The notes under the pieces: generated by a model
Told to the model about the DNA's origin: nothing
The model's input: the letters and a program-made list of their open reading frames with translations, nothing else
The model's database searches: none
Program-made: the position numbers and the translations under genes
Source: a virus
Reading direction: 5' to 3' (one strand)
Virus record (IMG/VR): IMGVR_UViG_3300045988_034292
Span: 1 to 43,731 of that record
Length of the DNA: 43,731 nucleotides
Shown: in pieces, positions 1 to 8,787 of the stretch
Position numbering within the stretch: position 1 is the stretch's first letter
Layout of the letters: the number at the start of each line of letters is the position of its first letter

Positions 1-55
1 AAGCAATCAAAAACGAACGTGACACTGCTAAAATGAAACGTGACATGTTCAAAGA
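1..55. repeat. Terminal 55-bp direct repeat, copy 1 (circular-assembly overlap)
   Basis: aagcaatcaaaaacgaacgtgacactgctaaaatgaaacgtgacatgttcaaaga is identical to 43677-43731. Confidence 0.95.
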
Positions 56-1073
56 ACAGTACACAGAAGCGCGTGCTAATGAAGTGCTTAACATGCCGGA
101 AGAAGACAAGAAACCTTTGACTGAAAACGAAGAAGAAGTGAAAGCTAACTTCGTTAAAGATTTTAAAAACCTCGTTCGTGGTCGTTACCAAAACTTGCTT
201 GATTCAAAAACAGACGCTACTGGCTCAGACGCTGGATTGACTATCCCTCAAGATATCCGCACAGCTATTAATACATTGGTTCGTCAATACGATTCATTGC
301 AAGAGTATGTTAACGTTGAAAACGTAACGACTCTTACTGGTTCTCGTGTTTACGAAAAATGGGCTGATATTACTGGACTTACTAAAATTGATGATGAAGC
401 TGGACAAATCGGTGCTAACGACGATCCAAAACTTTCTCTTATCCGCTACACAATCAAACGCTATGCTGGTATCTCAACAGTAACAAACAGCTTGCTTGCT
501 GATTCTGCTGAAAATATCCTTGCTTGGTTGTCTGGTTGGATTGCGAAGAAAGTTGTTGTTACTCGTAATAAAGCCATCTTAGATGTCATCGCAACACTCC
601 CAACTAAACCAACATTGGCTAAATGGGACGATATCATTGACCTTGAAGCTAAGGTTGACCCAGCAATCAAACAAACATCATTCTTCTTGACTAACACTTC
701 TGGTTTTACTGCCCTTAAGAAAGTTAAGAACGCAATGGGTGACTACCTCATGGAACGTGATGTGAAATCACCAACTGGATACTCAATCGATGGCTTCGTG
801 GTTAAAGAAGTTTCTGACCGCTGGCTTGCCAATGGCACTGGTGGAGCTATGCCGCTCTACTTTGGTGACTTGAAACAAGCGGTAACATTGTTTGACCGTC
901 AACACTTGTCATTGCTCTCTACTAACATCGGTGGTGGAGCATTTGAAACTGACACTACTAAAGTACGTGTCATTGATCGTTTCGATGTTGTTAAAACGGA
1001 TGAAGAAGCATTTGTTCCAGCGTCATTCAAGGCGATTGCTGACCAAAAAGCTAATCTTACGCCAGGGGCTTAA
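33..1073 (+). CDS. Major capsid protein, HK97 fold (3' part). The true start is ATG 43559 across the junction, giving about 396 aa in total.
   Basis: The frame is open back to base 3 and continues in phase the ORF starting at 43559. It follows the ClpP-like prohead protease. The N-terminal coiled-coil delta-like domain is followed by a capsid-like body. Confidence 0.85.
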   Translation: MKRDMFKEQYTEARANEVLNMPEEDKKPLTENEEEVKANFVKDFKNLVRGRYQNLLDSKTDATGSDAGLTIPQDIRTAINTLVRQYDSLQEYVNVENVTTLTGSRVYEKWADITGLTKIDDEAGQIGANDDPKLSLIRYTIKRYAGISTVTNSLLADSAENILAWLSGWIAKKVVVTRNKAILDVIATLPTKPTLAKWDDIIDLEAKVDPAIKQTSFFLTNTSGFTALKKVKNAMGDYLMERDVKSPTGYSIDGFVVKEVSDRWLANGTGGAMPLYFGDLKQAVTLFDRQHLSLLSTNIGGGAFETDTTKVRVIDRFDVVKTDEEAFVPASFKAIADQKANLTPGA

Positions 1074-1087
1074 TTAGGAGGTAAGTA

Positions 1088-1402
1088 ATGAGTGTATCTA
1101 AGGAAACTATCATGCAGACCCTCAATCTGGATGAGACAGACGACACTGCACTCATTCCAGCTTACATCGAATCAGCTCAACAGTATATTATCAATGCAGT
1201 CGGTAATGATCCAAAATTCTACGACCTCGATAGTGTAGAATCTTTGTTTGACACGGCTGTAATAGCTCTCACAAGCTCGTATTTCACTTACAGAGTGGCT
1301 TTAACTGATACGGTGACTTATCCTATCAATCTCACTTTGAATAGCATAATCGGGCAATTAAGGGGCTTATACGCAACGTATAGTGAAGAAAGAGGCGACT
1401 AA
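1088..1402 (+). CDS. Head-tail connector (gp6-like) protein
   Basis: 104 aa, placed immediately after the capsid gene, with RBS aggagg upstream. The N-terminus TLNLDETDDTALIPAYIESAQQYI is typical of gp6-like connectors. Confidence 0.7.
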   Translation: MSVSKETIMQTLNLDETDDTALIPAYIESAQQYIINAVGNDPKFYDLDSVESLFDTAVIALTSSYFTYRVALTDTVTYPINLTLNSIIGQLRGLYATYSEERGD

Positions 1403-1752
1403 TGGCTAAAGTTAGATATTTACCCTCAGACTTTCGTTTCAAGGCTGATTTTGGCACTTATCAAAGCACACCCAATAAATTCACGGGTGTTAACGTGCCT
1501 AAATTCGTCAAACAGTTTACGTTGCACTATAAACCTCATACTCGCACACTTAATCAAGAGTATTTAGCCCAACAAAATGGCGAAACCGATACGAAAGTTA
1601 TTGTCATTCGCCACAATGCCAAAGTAGTAGAAGGTCAAGTGGCCGTCCTAAATGGCACTCAATACGATATTGTGCGAGTGAGTCCAAACGAAAACTTTGG
1701 GCTTAACCGCTACGACTTTCTGACTTTGCGGAAGCGCAAGAAAGTTGGGTGA
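1402..1752 (+). CDS. Head closure / head-tail adaptor protein
   Basis: 116 aa, with a start overlapping the upstream stop (TAATG). Call rests on its position in an HK97/SPP1-like neck module. Confidence 0.6.
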   Translation: MAKVRYLPSDFRFKADFGTYQSTPNKFTGVNVPKFVKQFTLHYKPHTRTLNQEYLAQQNGETDTKVIVIRHNAKVVEGQVAVLNGTQYDIVRVSPNENFGLNRYDFLTLRKRKKVG

Positions 1753-1758
1753 TGGCTT

Positions 1759-2181
1759 ATGGTAGGGCTTGATAAAGCACTAGAGGGTTGGCTTGAAACA
1801 GTCGCTAGTATTGGCGATTTAACACCAGCGGAACAAGCTAAGATTACCACCGCTGGCGCAAAGGTGTTTCAAAAGGAGTTAGAAGATGTAACCCGTGAGA
1901 AACACTACTCAAATAAGAAACATTTGAAGTATGGGCACATGGCTGACGGTTTATCTGTCCAATCCACGAATGCGGACGGCAGAAAGAACGGTGTGGCAAC
2001 CGTAGGCTGGAAAAACAATTACCATGCCCAAAATGCCAGACGATTAAATGACGGTACTAAGAAATATCGTGCCGATCATTTCGTCACCAATGTCCAAAAC
2101 GATAGCGCTATCCAAAGGAAGGTGCTATTGGCAGAAAAAGAGGAGTACGAAAAACTTATACGAAGAAAAGGAGGGAAGTGA
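1759..2181 (+). CDS. HK97 gp10-like neck/tail attachment protein
   Basis: 140 aa. Call rests on synteny and a gp10-like N-terminal region (LTPAEQAKITTAGAKVFQKELEDVTR). Confidence 0.55.
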   Translation: MVGLDKALEGWLETVASIGDLTPAEQAKITTAGAKVFQKELEDVTREKHYSNKKHLKYGHMADGLSVQSTNADGRKNGVATVGWKNNYHAQNARRLNDGTKKYRADHFVTNVQNDSAIQRKVLLAEKEEYEKLIRRKGGK

Positions 2182-2185
2182 TTAA

Positions 2186-2557
2186 GTGTTAGCAACCGTA
2201 AAACTAAAAGAGCTAATCGACGGCAAAGAATTTGGTGAAATAAGCGAAGTATATGCAAACAACTTGCCTAAAGAGCTCGAAGAAAACACCGATAAGACAA
2301 TCGTTTTGCTCACAGAAAGCAACCCATCCCTTGACTTAAGCGGAAACAATACCTTTTTCAGTAAAACGGATAGAGTGGAAGTACAGATTTTTTACAAGGC
2401 TGATATTGATTTTGATATTGAAGTCTTTGAGATGGAATTGCTGAAATTCCTAAAATCTGAACACTACTCAATTACAGATATGAGAGAACATAGCATAGAC
2501 CCCGATACATTACAACTTACGGCGGTCTTTTTTGTTGCCCTCGATAAATTAATTTAA
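2186..2557 (+). CDS. Tail completion / tail terminator-like protein
   Basis: 123 aa with a GTG start, lying directly upstream of the major tail gene. The call is position-based. Confidence 0.5.
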   Translation: MLATVKLKELIDGKEFGEISEVYANNLPKELEENTDKTIVLLTESNPSLDLSGNNTFFSKTDRVEVQIFYKADIDFDIEVFEMELLKFLKSEHYSITDMREHSIDPDTLQLTAVFFVALDKLI

Positions 2558-2575
2558 CAAAGGAGAAATAACTAT

Positions 2576-3190
2576 ATGGCAATTGTAGGTTTGAAAATGG
2601 TCCGCCTTGCATTGGTTGACCCTAAAACCCAAAAACTCATTAAAGGCAACGAAGGTCTTTCAGCAGAAGGCGTTATCGAAGTCGATTCAACTATGCTTGG
2701 TACTCGTACCGCTAACATCTCAAACTTGGAAGGTCAAGCGACTAAAATTCCCGGAAACAACTCAGTACAAGATGTAATGATTGCGCCTGGATCACCAACA
2801 GTGGCGTTCGACTTCAATAACCTTGATTTTGAAATTAAACAAAAAATGCTTGGTTTTAAACCAGACGGCAAGGGTGGTTACGTGATGGATGGCGAGAAAC
2901 CTCACACAGCGGTATTGATTGAATCTGAAACACTTGACCGCAAACACTCAGTATTTTTTGGTTTCGCTAATGGTATCATGCAAGAGTCAACTCAAAACGT
3001 TGCAACAGATACCGACACTGCACAAACTCGCCAAGACGACAACATGACATTTAACGCCTTGTCAGCGACTGCGTTCGGTGGTGAGCCTTACAAGAAATAC
3101 TATTCTGGAGCATCTACTTTCGACAAAACGAACATGTTCAAAGAAGTATTCGGGGGCTATGTCCTTCCTGCTGCATCAAACAGTCTATAA
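2576..3190 (+). CDS. Major tail protein
   Basis: 204 aa with a strong RBS (aaaggag). It sits before the chaperone/tape-measure pair and is followed by a hairpin terminator. Confidence 0.75.
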   Translation: MAIVGLKMVRLALVDPKTQKLIKGNEGLSAEGVIEVDSTMLGTRTANISNLEGQATKIPGNNSVQDVMIAPGSPTVAFDFNNLDFEIKQKMLGFKPDGKGGYVMDGEKPHTAVLIESETLDRKHSVFFGFANGIMQESTQNVATDTDTAQTRQDDNMTFNALSATAFGGEPYKKYYSGASTFDKTNMFKEVFGGYVLPAASNSL

Positions 3191-3196
3191 TTCGCA

Positions 3197-3229
3197 AGAG
3201 GTCGGGCTCGTGGCCTGACCTCTATTTTT
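3197..3229 (+). terminator. Intrinsic terminator/attenuator after the major tail gene
   Basis: agaggtc...gacctct stem with an inner GGC/GCC pairing, followed by tattttt. Confidence 0.6.
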
Positions 3230-3248
3230 GTTAAAGGAGTAAAGAAAA

Positions 3249-3602
3249 ATGGAAATCAGAACTATTCAAATTCCGGAAATCAGTAAGAAAGCATTCAAAG
3301 TTACAACAAGTAACCGCAATGTGTTGCGTATGCACGAATACCAATTGGCAGTCCTTAAGATTAGCGATACTGTCGAAGATGGGGACACACAAGAGCAAGC
3401 ACAAGCAAGTTTCACAATCCTTAAAGAAATGCTTGGTTTCATTCGTGCTGTTCTTAATTTGGATGATGAAGCCTATGACAAATTGCTTGATTTGGACAAT
3501 GAACGTACACAAGAGATTGCCGAAAAATTGGTGGGCTATATGTACGGTTTGACAGACGAACAACTTGAAAACGCCACTGGTGAAGTTGACCCAAAAGACT
3601 AA
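3249..3602 (+). CDS. Tail assembly chaperone (G-like)
   Basis: 117 aa acidic protein between the major tail and tape measure genes. It ends just after a slippery heptamer. Confidence 0.75.
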   Translation: MEIRTIQIPEISKKAFKVTTSNRNVLRMHEYQLAVLKISDTVEDGDTQEQAQASFTILKEMLGFIRAVLNLDDEAYDKLLDLDNERTQEIAEKLVGYMYGLTDEQLENATGEVDPKD

Positions 3603-3793
3603 AATCTAAAGGCGAACAGATTTTTGATTTAGAAAATCGCATTGAAGATTTAAAAATCATTGCTAAAAAATCAATCCAAGGTTTTGGGTGGACACTAGAT
3701 CAGTATTACGACACTGATTATTACGAGCTAATGAAAATCTTAAACGCCAAAGAGGAAGAAGATAGGATGGTTGACCCAACATCTTTACTCTGA
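3249..3793 (+). CDS. Tail assembly chaperone frameshift product (GT-like; join 3249..3596, 3596..3793)
   Basis: The -1 frame after 3596 encodes about 65 further aa (RLKSKGEQIFDLENRIEDLKIIAKK...VDPTSLL) with no stop. This architecture is conserved in long-tailed phages. Confidence 0.7.
3590..3596 (+). promoter_or_regulatory. -1 programmed ribosomal frameshift slippery heptamer C_CCA_AAA
   Basis: The zero frame reads GAC CCA AAA GAC TAA. The heptamer is phased X_XXY_YYZ. The -1 frame stays open from here to TGA 3791-3793. Confidence 0.75.
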
Positions 3794-3822
3794 ATATTTA
3801 AGGAAAGGAGGAAAAATAATAC

Positions 3823-6800
3823 ATGGCAAAAGTACTAGCTACCATGTCCACCGAAATCGCCTTAGACACGTTACAAGCAGCTAACTCGATTAAGCGACTA
3901 ACTCAGTTGGTCAATAGCTCTACAAACGCATGGAAGGCCCAAGAAAGCCAAATGCGTAGCGCTGGTGACTATTTGGGAGCAGCACAAGCTAAGTATGATG
4001 GTTTGGGTAATGCTATCCAAAACCAACAACATAAGATTGAGAAACTGAAACAAGAACAGTCTCAACTTAAAGGAAGTACCGCTGAAACGGCTGAACAGTA
4101 CCTTAAGTACCAACAACAGATTGACCAAGCTACTACACGTTTGGCATCGTTGGAAAACCAACAGCGTCAAGCTAAGAATAGCCTTGACTATCACCGGTCT
4201 GGACTAGCAGAGCTTCAAAAGGAATACAAAGCCCAAAACGAAGCCTCAGACACTTATATCAAGCGTTTGAAGGCAGAGGGCAAAGAGGACGAAGCTAGAC
4301 AAGAACAGCTTAAGCAATACAAGGGTTCGATTACTAATTTAAATAAGCAGTATGAGACCCAAAAAGAAATGCTTGAGCGTGTCGCTAAACAGTCTGGGAA
4401 GACTAGCGATGAATACCGCAAGCAAAAGCAACGCTTGGATGAAACGGCTACTAGCTTAGCGCACACTAAGAACGCCGCTGACAAGCTGAACGATGAAATT
4501 GAGCAAAGTCAACGCTCTAGTACGTTCATTGGTCGCTTGAAAGAGAGCTTTAAACGCTTAGGAAGTGAAGTCAGTGAGACTGAACATAAAACCTCACGGC
4601 TGAAAGGTATCTTTGGCGCTACGTTCGCAGCTAACCTAATTAGTAACGGTTTCCAAAATGCGTTGGGAGCTATCAAAGGTAAGTTTGACGAAATCGCACA
4701 ATCCAGTGCTGAATATGTTAAATACCAACAAACCATGAACGCCACTTGGTTAACTTTGACGGGTAATGCCGAAGAAGGTAAGAAAATGGTCGATATGACC
4801 AACCAAATGGCACAAGCGGCGGCTAACTCAACCGAAATGGTTGACGGCATGAACCAAAAATTTTATGCCGTTACTCATAATACCGAGTTGACCAAGCAAC
4901 AAACGCAAGCCATTTTGACCTTGCAAGACGCTTTTGGTCAAACGGATGCAGCAGTTGAAAATTTCGCCACACAGTGGGCACAAATGATTGCCAATGGTAA
5001 GGTCCAAGGGCAAGACATGATGTCAATCATTAATGTCTTCCCAGAGATGAAAAACCAGCTTAAAGAAGTGGCGGCACAAGAGCTTGGCATTGCAGACATG
5101 ACCGCCGATAAATATGCGGAGCTCCAAAAAGATGGTAAGATTACCGCAGAGATGGCACAAAAAGCCTTGTTTGAGTTGCAAGACAAGTACAAGGATGCCA
5201 CTGCCAACTTCTCGACTACTATTGGTGGTCTTGAAAGAACTATCCAGTCTCGTATGCCGGCGGTGGTTGCAGCCTTCCGTGACCCAATAGATAAAATGAA
5301 AAACCCATTCTTACAACAGATTGGGGACTGGGTAGCTGACCCTAACACTGAAACTAAGTTTAAAGACTTAGGGGAACACGTTTCCAAAGATCTAGGCACC
5401 ATCATGGATGCCTTTTCTAAAGTCTTTAATCTCGGTGATGGTAAGGATAAGCTAAATGGCTTCATGGATGGTCTTAACAAGACTGTTGATAATGTTAGCA
5501 AAACCATTGCTAACAATGCCCCTAAAATCGTAGCTTTCTTCAAAGAAACAAAAGACAGTCTGGGTGCAGTGTTTAGCATTGGTAAAGATTTTGCCGGTGG
5601 TGTTTGGGAAGTAGCCGTAGACATGATTAAAGGCGTCGCTGGTGCATTTAACCTCATGACTGGTAACGGTAAGAAAGCTAAAGGGCCAGTTACATCACTG
5701 TCCAAGGCTTTAGGTGGCATTGCAAAACACAAGACGGCTATTAAAACAGTTGGTTCTTTGTTTGCTGCTTACTTTGTAGGCTCTAAAGTAGCCCTAGGTA
5801 TTACGGCGGTTGTTAAAGGTATCCACGCATGGCGGACGGCTACGGTTGGTATGACGGCAGCCCAAAAAGCAATGAACTTAGCTATGGCTTCAAACCCTAT
5901 CGGTTTGATTGTGGTTGCAGTAACTACGGCTATCACTGCCCTAGTGTTGCTTTATAAGCACAATAAGAAATTTAAAGCCTTTGTAGATGGCATGTTTAGT
6001 GCTGCCAAAAAAGCCTTTGACAAGATTTTTAAAGTTACTAAAGAAATCTTTGGCAAGATTATCGATTTCTTCAAAAAGGACTGGAAACAAGTCCTTTTAT
6101 TTATTGCCAATCCGATTGCTGGGGCGTTTGCTTTAATTTACAAGCACAACAAGAAATTCAAGAAATTCGTTGATGGTATCGTTAAGAGTATCAAGGACGG
6201 TTTTTCTGGTGCTGCAAAATGGCTCGGTAAGACATGGGATGGCATGAAGAAGACTTGGACTGGTGCGATGGATTCAATGACCAAGAGCACCAAAAAAGGC
6301 TTCGAAAAAACCAAGAATTACTTCACTGGTGGCGAGAAAGGTATTAAAGCCTTTACGAACACCGCCAAAAAATTGCTTGTCATATCCAATCCGGTAGTAG
6401 CTGGGTTTGAGTTGATGTATAAGCACAACAAGCCATTTAAGAAGTTTGTTGATAGCACAGTGGATCATGTTAAAGATATGGCGAAAGGCGTTGCAAAACA
6501 CATGACTAATCTTAAAAAAGATTGGGGCGAAAAGTGGGACAACGTCAAGAAATTCGCATCTAAGACATGGGAAGGTATCAAGGGCAACGCTACTGAAGCA
6601 ATGACCGCTCTTGGTAAGGATATCGACAAGCATCACAAAGGCATCAATAAGAATTGGTTTGACGGTTGGGAAAACTCTAAGAAATTCCTATCGAAAAAAT
6701 GGGACGAAATCGGAGCGTTAACACAAGAGAAATTTGGTGTTAACATTACCAAGCTGATTACCGATGCATTGACTAATATCGCTAAATTCTTCAAAGATAC

Positions 6801-8787
6801 GTGGGATAACGTGAAAAAAGGCTTTGGCGAAATGTGGGACGGCATGAAGAAACTTGCCGGTGATGGTATTAATGCCGTCATTGCGTTGCCTAACGCCGGT
6901 ATCGACGGCATCAACAAACTGATTTCTGATTTTGGTGGTAGTAAAGAAGCTATCTCTAAAATTCCTAAAGTTAAGTTTGCCGATGGTACTGGTATGTTTA
7001 GCTCATACCGAAACCCAATTACCAAGCCTACGTTAGCCACTCTAAATGATGGCTACGATAGTCCAGAAACTAATAACCAAGAGATGGTTATTTTGCCAAA
7101 CGGGCAATCATTCTTGCCACAAGGGCGAAATGTTGAATACCTTTTGCCTGCTGGCTCAGAGGTAATCAATGCTAGCGAATTGGCCATGCTCATGGGTGTT
7201 GAACGTGGAGCCTTTGCAAAGGGTACTGGTTTCTGGTCTAAAATCTGGGACACTGCTACCAACGTAGCGGGCTCAGTCTGGGACACAATGAAGAACGGTG
7301 TTGACAAATTCATGAAGATGATTGAGTTTGTGACCGATGTTGTTAAAGACCCGGTGGGATCATTAGCTAAGAAATTCAGCCCTAACGCTGACAAGTTAGC
7401 CGGTATGTTTAACCCACTCGGTAATGCGCTTTATAAGAAACCAGTTGAAGAAGCTAAAAACTGGTGGAAAGAGCTTTGGTCTATGGCTAATGCCTCAATG
7501 GACGAAGGCACAGTGGCGATGGGTGCCAAAGGTGACGATTACCGCTTTAAAGATAAAGCGAAAGACGCTGGAGCTGACCCGTGGGGATATTTCTATCGTG
7601 AGTGTGTATCATTCGTTGCCAGCCGTTTGGCTAACCTTGGTGTTAAGCCTAGCTTGTTTAGTCACCTCGGTAATGGTAACCAATGGATATCTGCCAGTGT
7701 GCCACACTTAAGTAGACCAAAACCAGGTACGGTAGCCGTCTACACTGGCGGACCAGTTTCAAGCAACCACGTTGACTTTGTCACTGCCGTTCATGGTGAT
7801 ACCTACGACGGTGAAGAATACAACTATGGCGGTAATGGTCAGTATCACCAATACGCTGGCCGTCATATTTCAAATGCTGCCACCTTCCTTGATTTCGGTG
7901 TTCGAGACAGTGGAAGTAGTAGCGGTGACGATAGCAAGCCTTTGAAAGACCGAAATAATCCACTTCAAACGTTGATTAAACGCCAAGTCGGTGGCATGTT
8001 CGACTGGATTAAGAAAACACTTGGCCCATTGCTCAGCCCAGCCGGTGGTGGTGAAGACGGTCCGCAAGGTACTGGTGTTTCTCGTTGGCGTGAATCGGTT
8101 GTTAGAGCATTGAAGGCAAACGGTATCGAACCGAATGACTTCCGTGTGTCTAAGATTTTGGCGACAATTCAACGTGAATCTGGTGGTAACCCTAACGTAC
8201 AAAATAACTGGGACAGTAACGCAAGAGCCGGTACCCCGTCAATTGGTTTGATGCAAACTATTCAACCAACATTTGACGCTTACAAGCACGCAGGACACAA
8301 TAATATCCGTAACGGATATGACAACTTGCTCGCTGCAATCAACTACATCAAACACCGCTACGGAACATCAGACGCAGCCTTTACCCGTGTAGCCGCTTAT
8401 GGCTACGCTAACGGTGGTCTAGTCCATAAAAATGGTGTTTATGAGCTAGCTGAAGGCGACATGCCAGAGTATGTCATTCCAACGGATATCGCCAAACGTG
8501 GTAGAGCGTGGCAACTACTTACTGAAGCAGTGGCACGTTTTGCCGGCGATTCCCCACAAGGCAACCACGATAGTAGTTCAGATCGTGAGCGTGTTTCTGT
8601 ACTTGAAAGCAAGCTAGATATCATGATTGACTTACTCGGTCAGTTGGTAACTAATGGCTCTAACCCTATTGAAGTTAGAAACATCATCGATGGAAGAAGC
8701 GTATCAAACGGTCTCGCACCGTTCATGACAAAAGCAACAAACGATTATGAGCGCAGACAAGCGCTGTTAGGAGGTAGCATTATTTGA
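3823..8787 (+). CDS. Tape measure protein with C-terminal CHAP peptidase and lytic transglycosylase (SLT) domains
   Basis: 1654 aa with an N-terminal coiled coil and a central hydrophobic segment. There are three (A/S)NP...YKHNK(K/P)FK.FVD repeats. The CHAP-like motif is PWGYFYRECVSFVASRL...NHVDFV and the SLT-like motif is IQRESGGNPNVQN...GLMQ. Confidence 0.85.
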   Translation: MAKVLATMSTEIALDTLQAANSIKRLTQLVNSSTNAWKAQESQMRSAGDYLGAAQAKYDGLGNAIQNQQHKIEKLKQEQSQLKGSTAETAEQYLKYQQQIDQATTRLASLENQQRQAKNSLDYHRSGLAELQKEYKAQNEASDTYIKRLKAEGKEDEARQEQLKQYKGSITNLNKQYETQKEMLERVAKQSGKTSDEYRKQKQRLDETATSLAHTKNAADKLNDEIEQSQRSSTFIGRLKESFKRLGSEVSETEHKTSRLKGIFGATFAANLISNGFQNALGAIKGKFDEIAQSSAEYVKYQQTMNATWLTLTGNAEEGKKMVDMTNQMAQAAANSTEMVDGMNQKFYAVTHNTELTKQQTQAILTLQDAFGQTDAAVENFATQWAQMIANGKVQGQDMMSIINVFPEMKNQLKEVAAQELGIADMTADKYAELQKDGKITAEMAQKALFELQDKYKDATANFSTTIGGLERTIQSRMPAVVAAFRDPIDKMKNPFLQQIGDWVADPNTETKFKDLGEHVSKDLGTIMDAFSKVFNLGDGKDKLNGFMDGLNKTVDNVSKTIANNAPKIVAFFKETKDSLGAVFSIGKDFAGGVWEVAVDMIKGVAGAFNLMTGNGKKAKGPVTSLSKALGGIAKHKTAIKTVGSLFAAYFVGSKVALGITAVVKGIHAWRTATVGMTAAQKAMNLAMASNPIGLIVVAVTTAITALVLLYKHNKKFKAFVDGMFSAAKKAFDKIFKVTKEIFGKIIDFFKKDWKQVLLFIANPIAGAFALIYKHNKKFKKFVDGIVKSIKDGFSGAAKWLGKTWDGMKKTWTGAMDSMTKSTKKGFEKTKNYFTGGEKGIKAFTNTAKKLLVISNPVVAGFELMYKHNKPFKKFVDSTVDHVKDMAKGVAKHMTNLKKDWGEKWDNVKKFASKTWEGIKGNATEAMTALGKDIDKHHKGINKNWFDGWENSKKFLSKKWDEIGALTQEKFGVNITKLITDALTNIAKFFKDTWDNVKKGFGEMWDGMKKLAGDGINAVIALPNAGIDGINKLISDFGGSKEAISKIPKVKFADGTGMFSSYRNPITKPTLATLNDGYDSPETNNQEMVILPNGQSFLPQGRNVEYLLPAGSEVINASELAMLMGVERGAFAKGTGFWSKIWDTATNVAGSVWDTMKNGVDKFMKMIEFVTDVVKDPVGSLAKKFSPNADKLAGMFNPLGNALYKKPVEEAKNWWKELWSMANASMDEGTVAMGAKGDDYRFKDKAKDAGADPWGYFYRECVSFVASRLANLGVKPSLFSHLGNGNQWISASVPHLSRPKPGTVAVYTGGPVSSNHVDFVTAVHGDTYDGEEYNYGGNGQYHQYAGRHISNAATFLDFGVRDSGSSSGDDSKPLKDRNNPLQTLIKRQVGGMFDWIKKTLGPLLSPAGGGEDGPQGTGVSRWRESVVRALKANGIEPNDFRVSKILATIQRESGGNPNVQNNWDSNARAGTPSIGLMQTIQPTFDAYKHAGHNNIRNGYDNLLAAINYIKHRYGTSDAAFTRVAAYGYANGGLVHKNGVYELAEGDMPEYVIPTDIAKRGRAWQLLTEAVARFAGDSPQGNHDSSSDRERVSVLESKLDIMIDLLGQLVTNGSNPIEVRNIIDGRSVSNGLAPFMTKATNDYERRQALLGGSII

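Noticed and set aside
4938-5732. 264-aa minus-strand ORF, plus other minus ORFs between 3898 and 8624, inside the tape measure gene
   Set aside because: They are entirely antisense to a long, clearly coding, repeat-containing gene. They have low-complexity Ser/Leu/Ala-rich composition and no RBS, which is typical of shadow ORFs.
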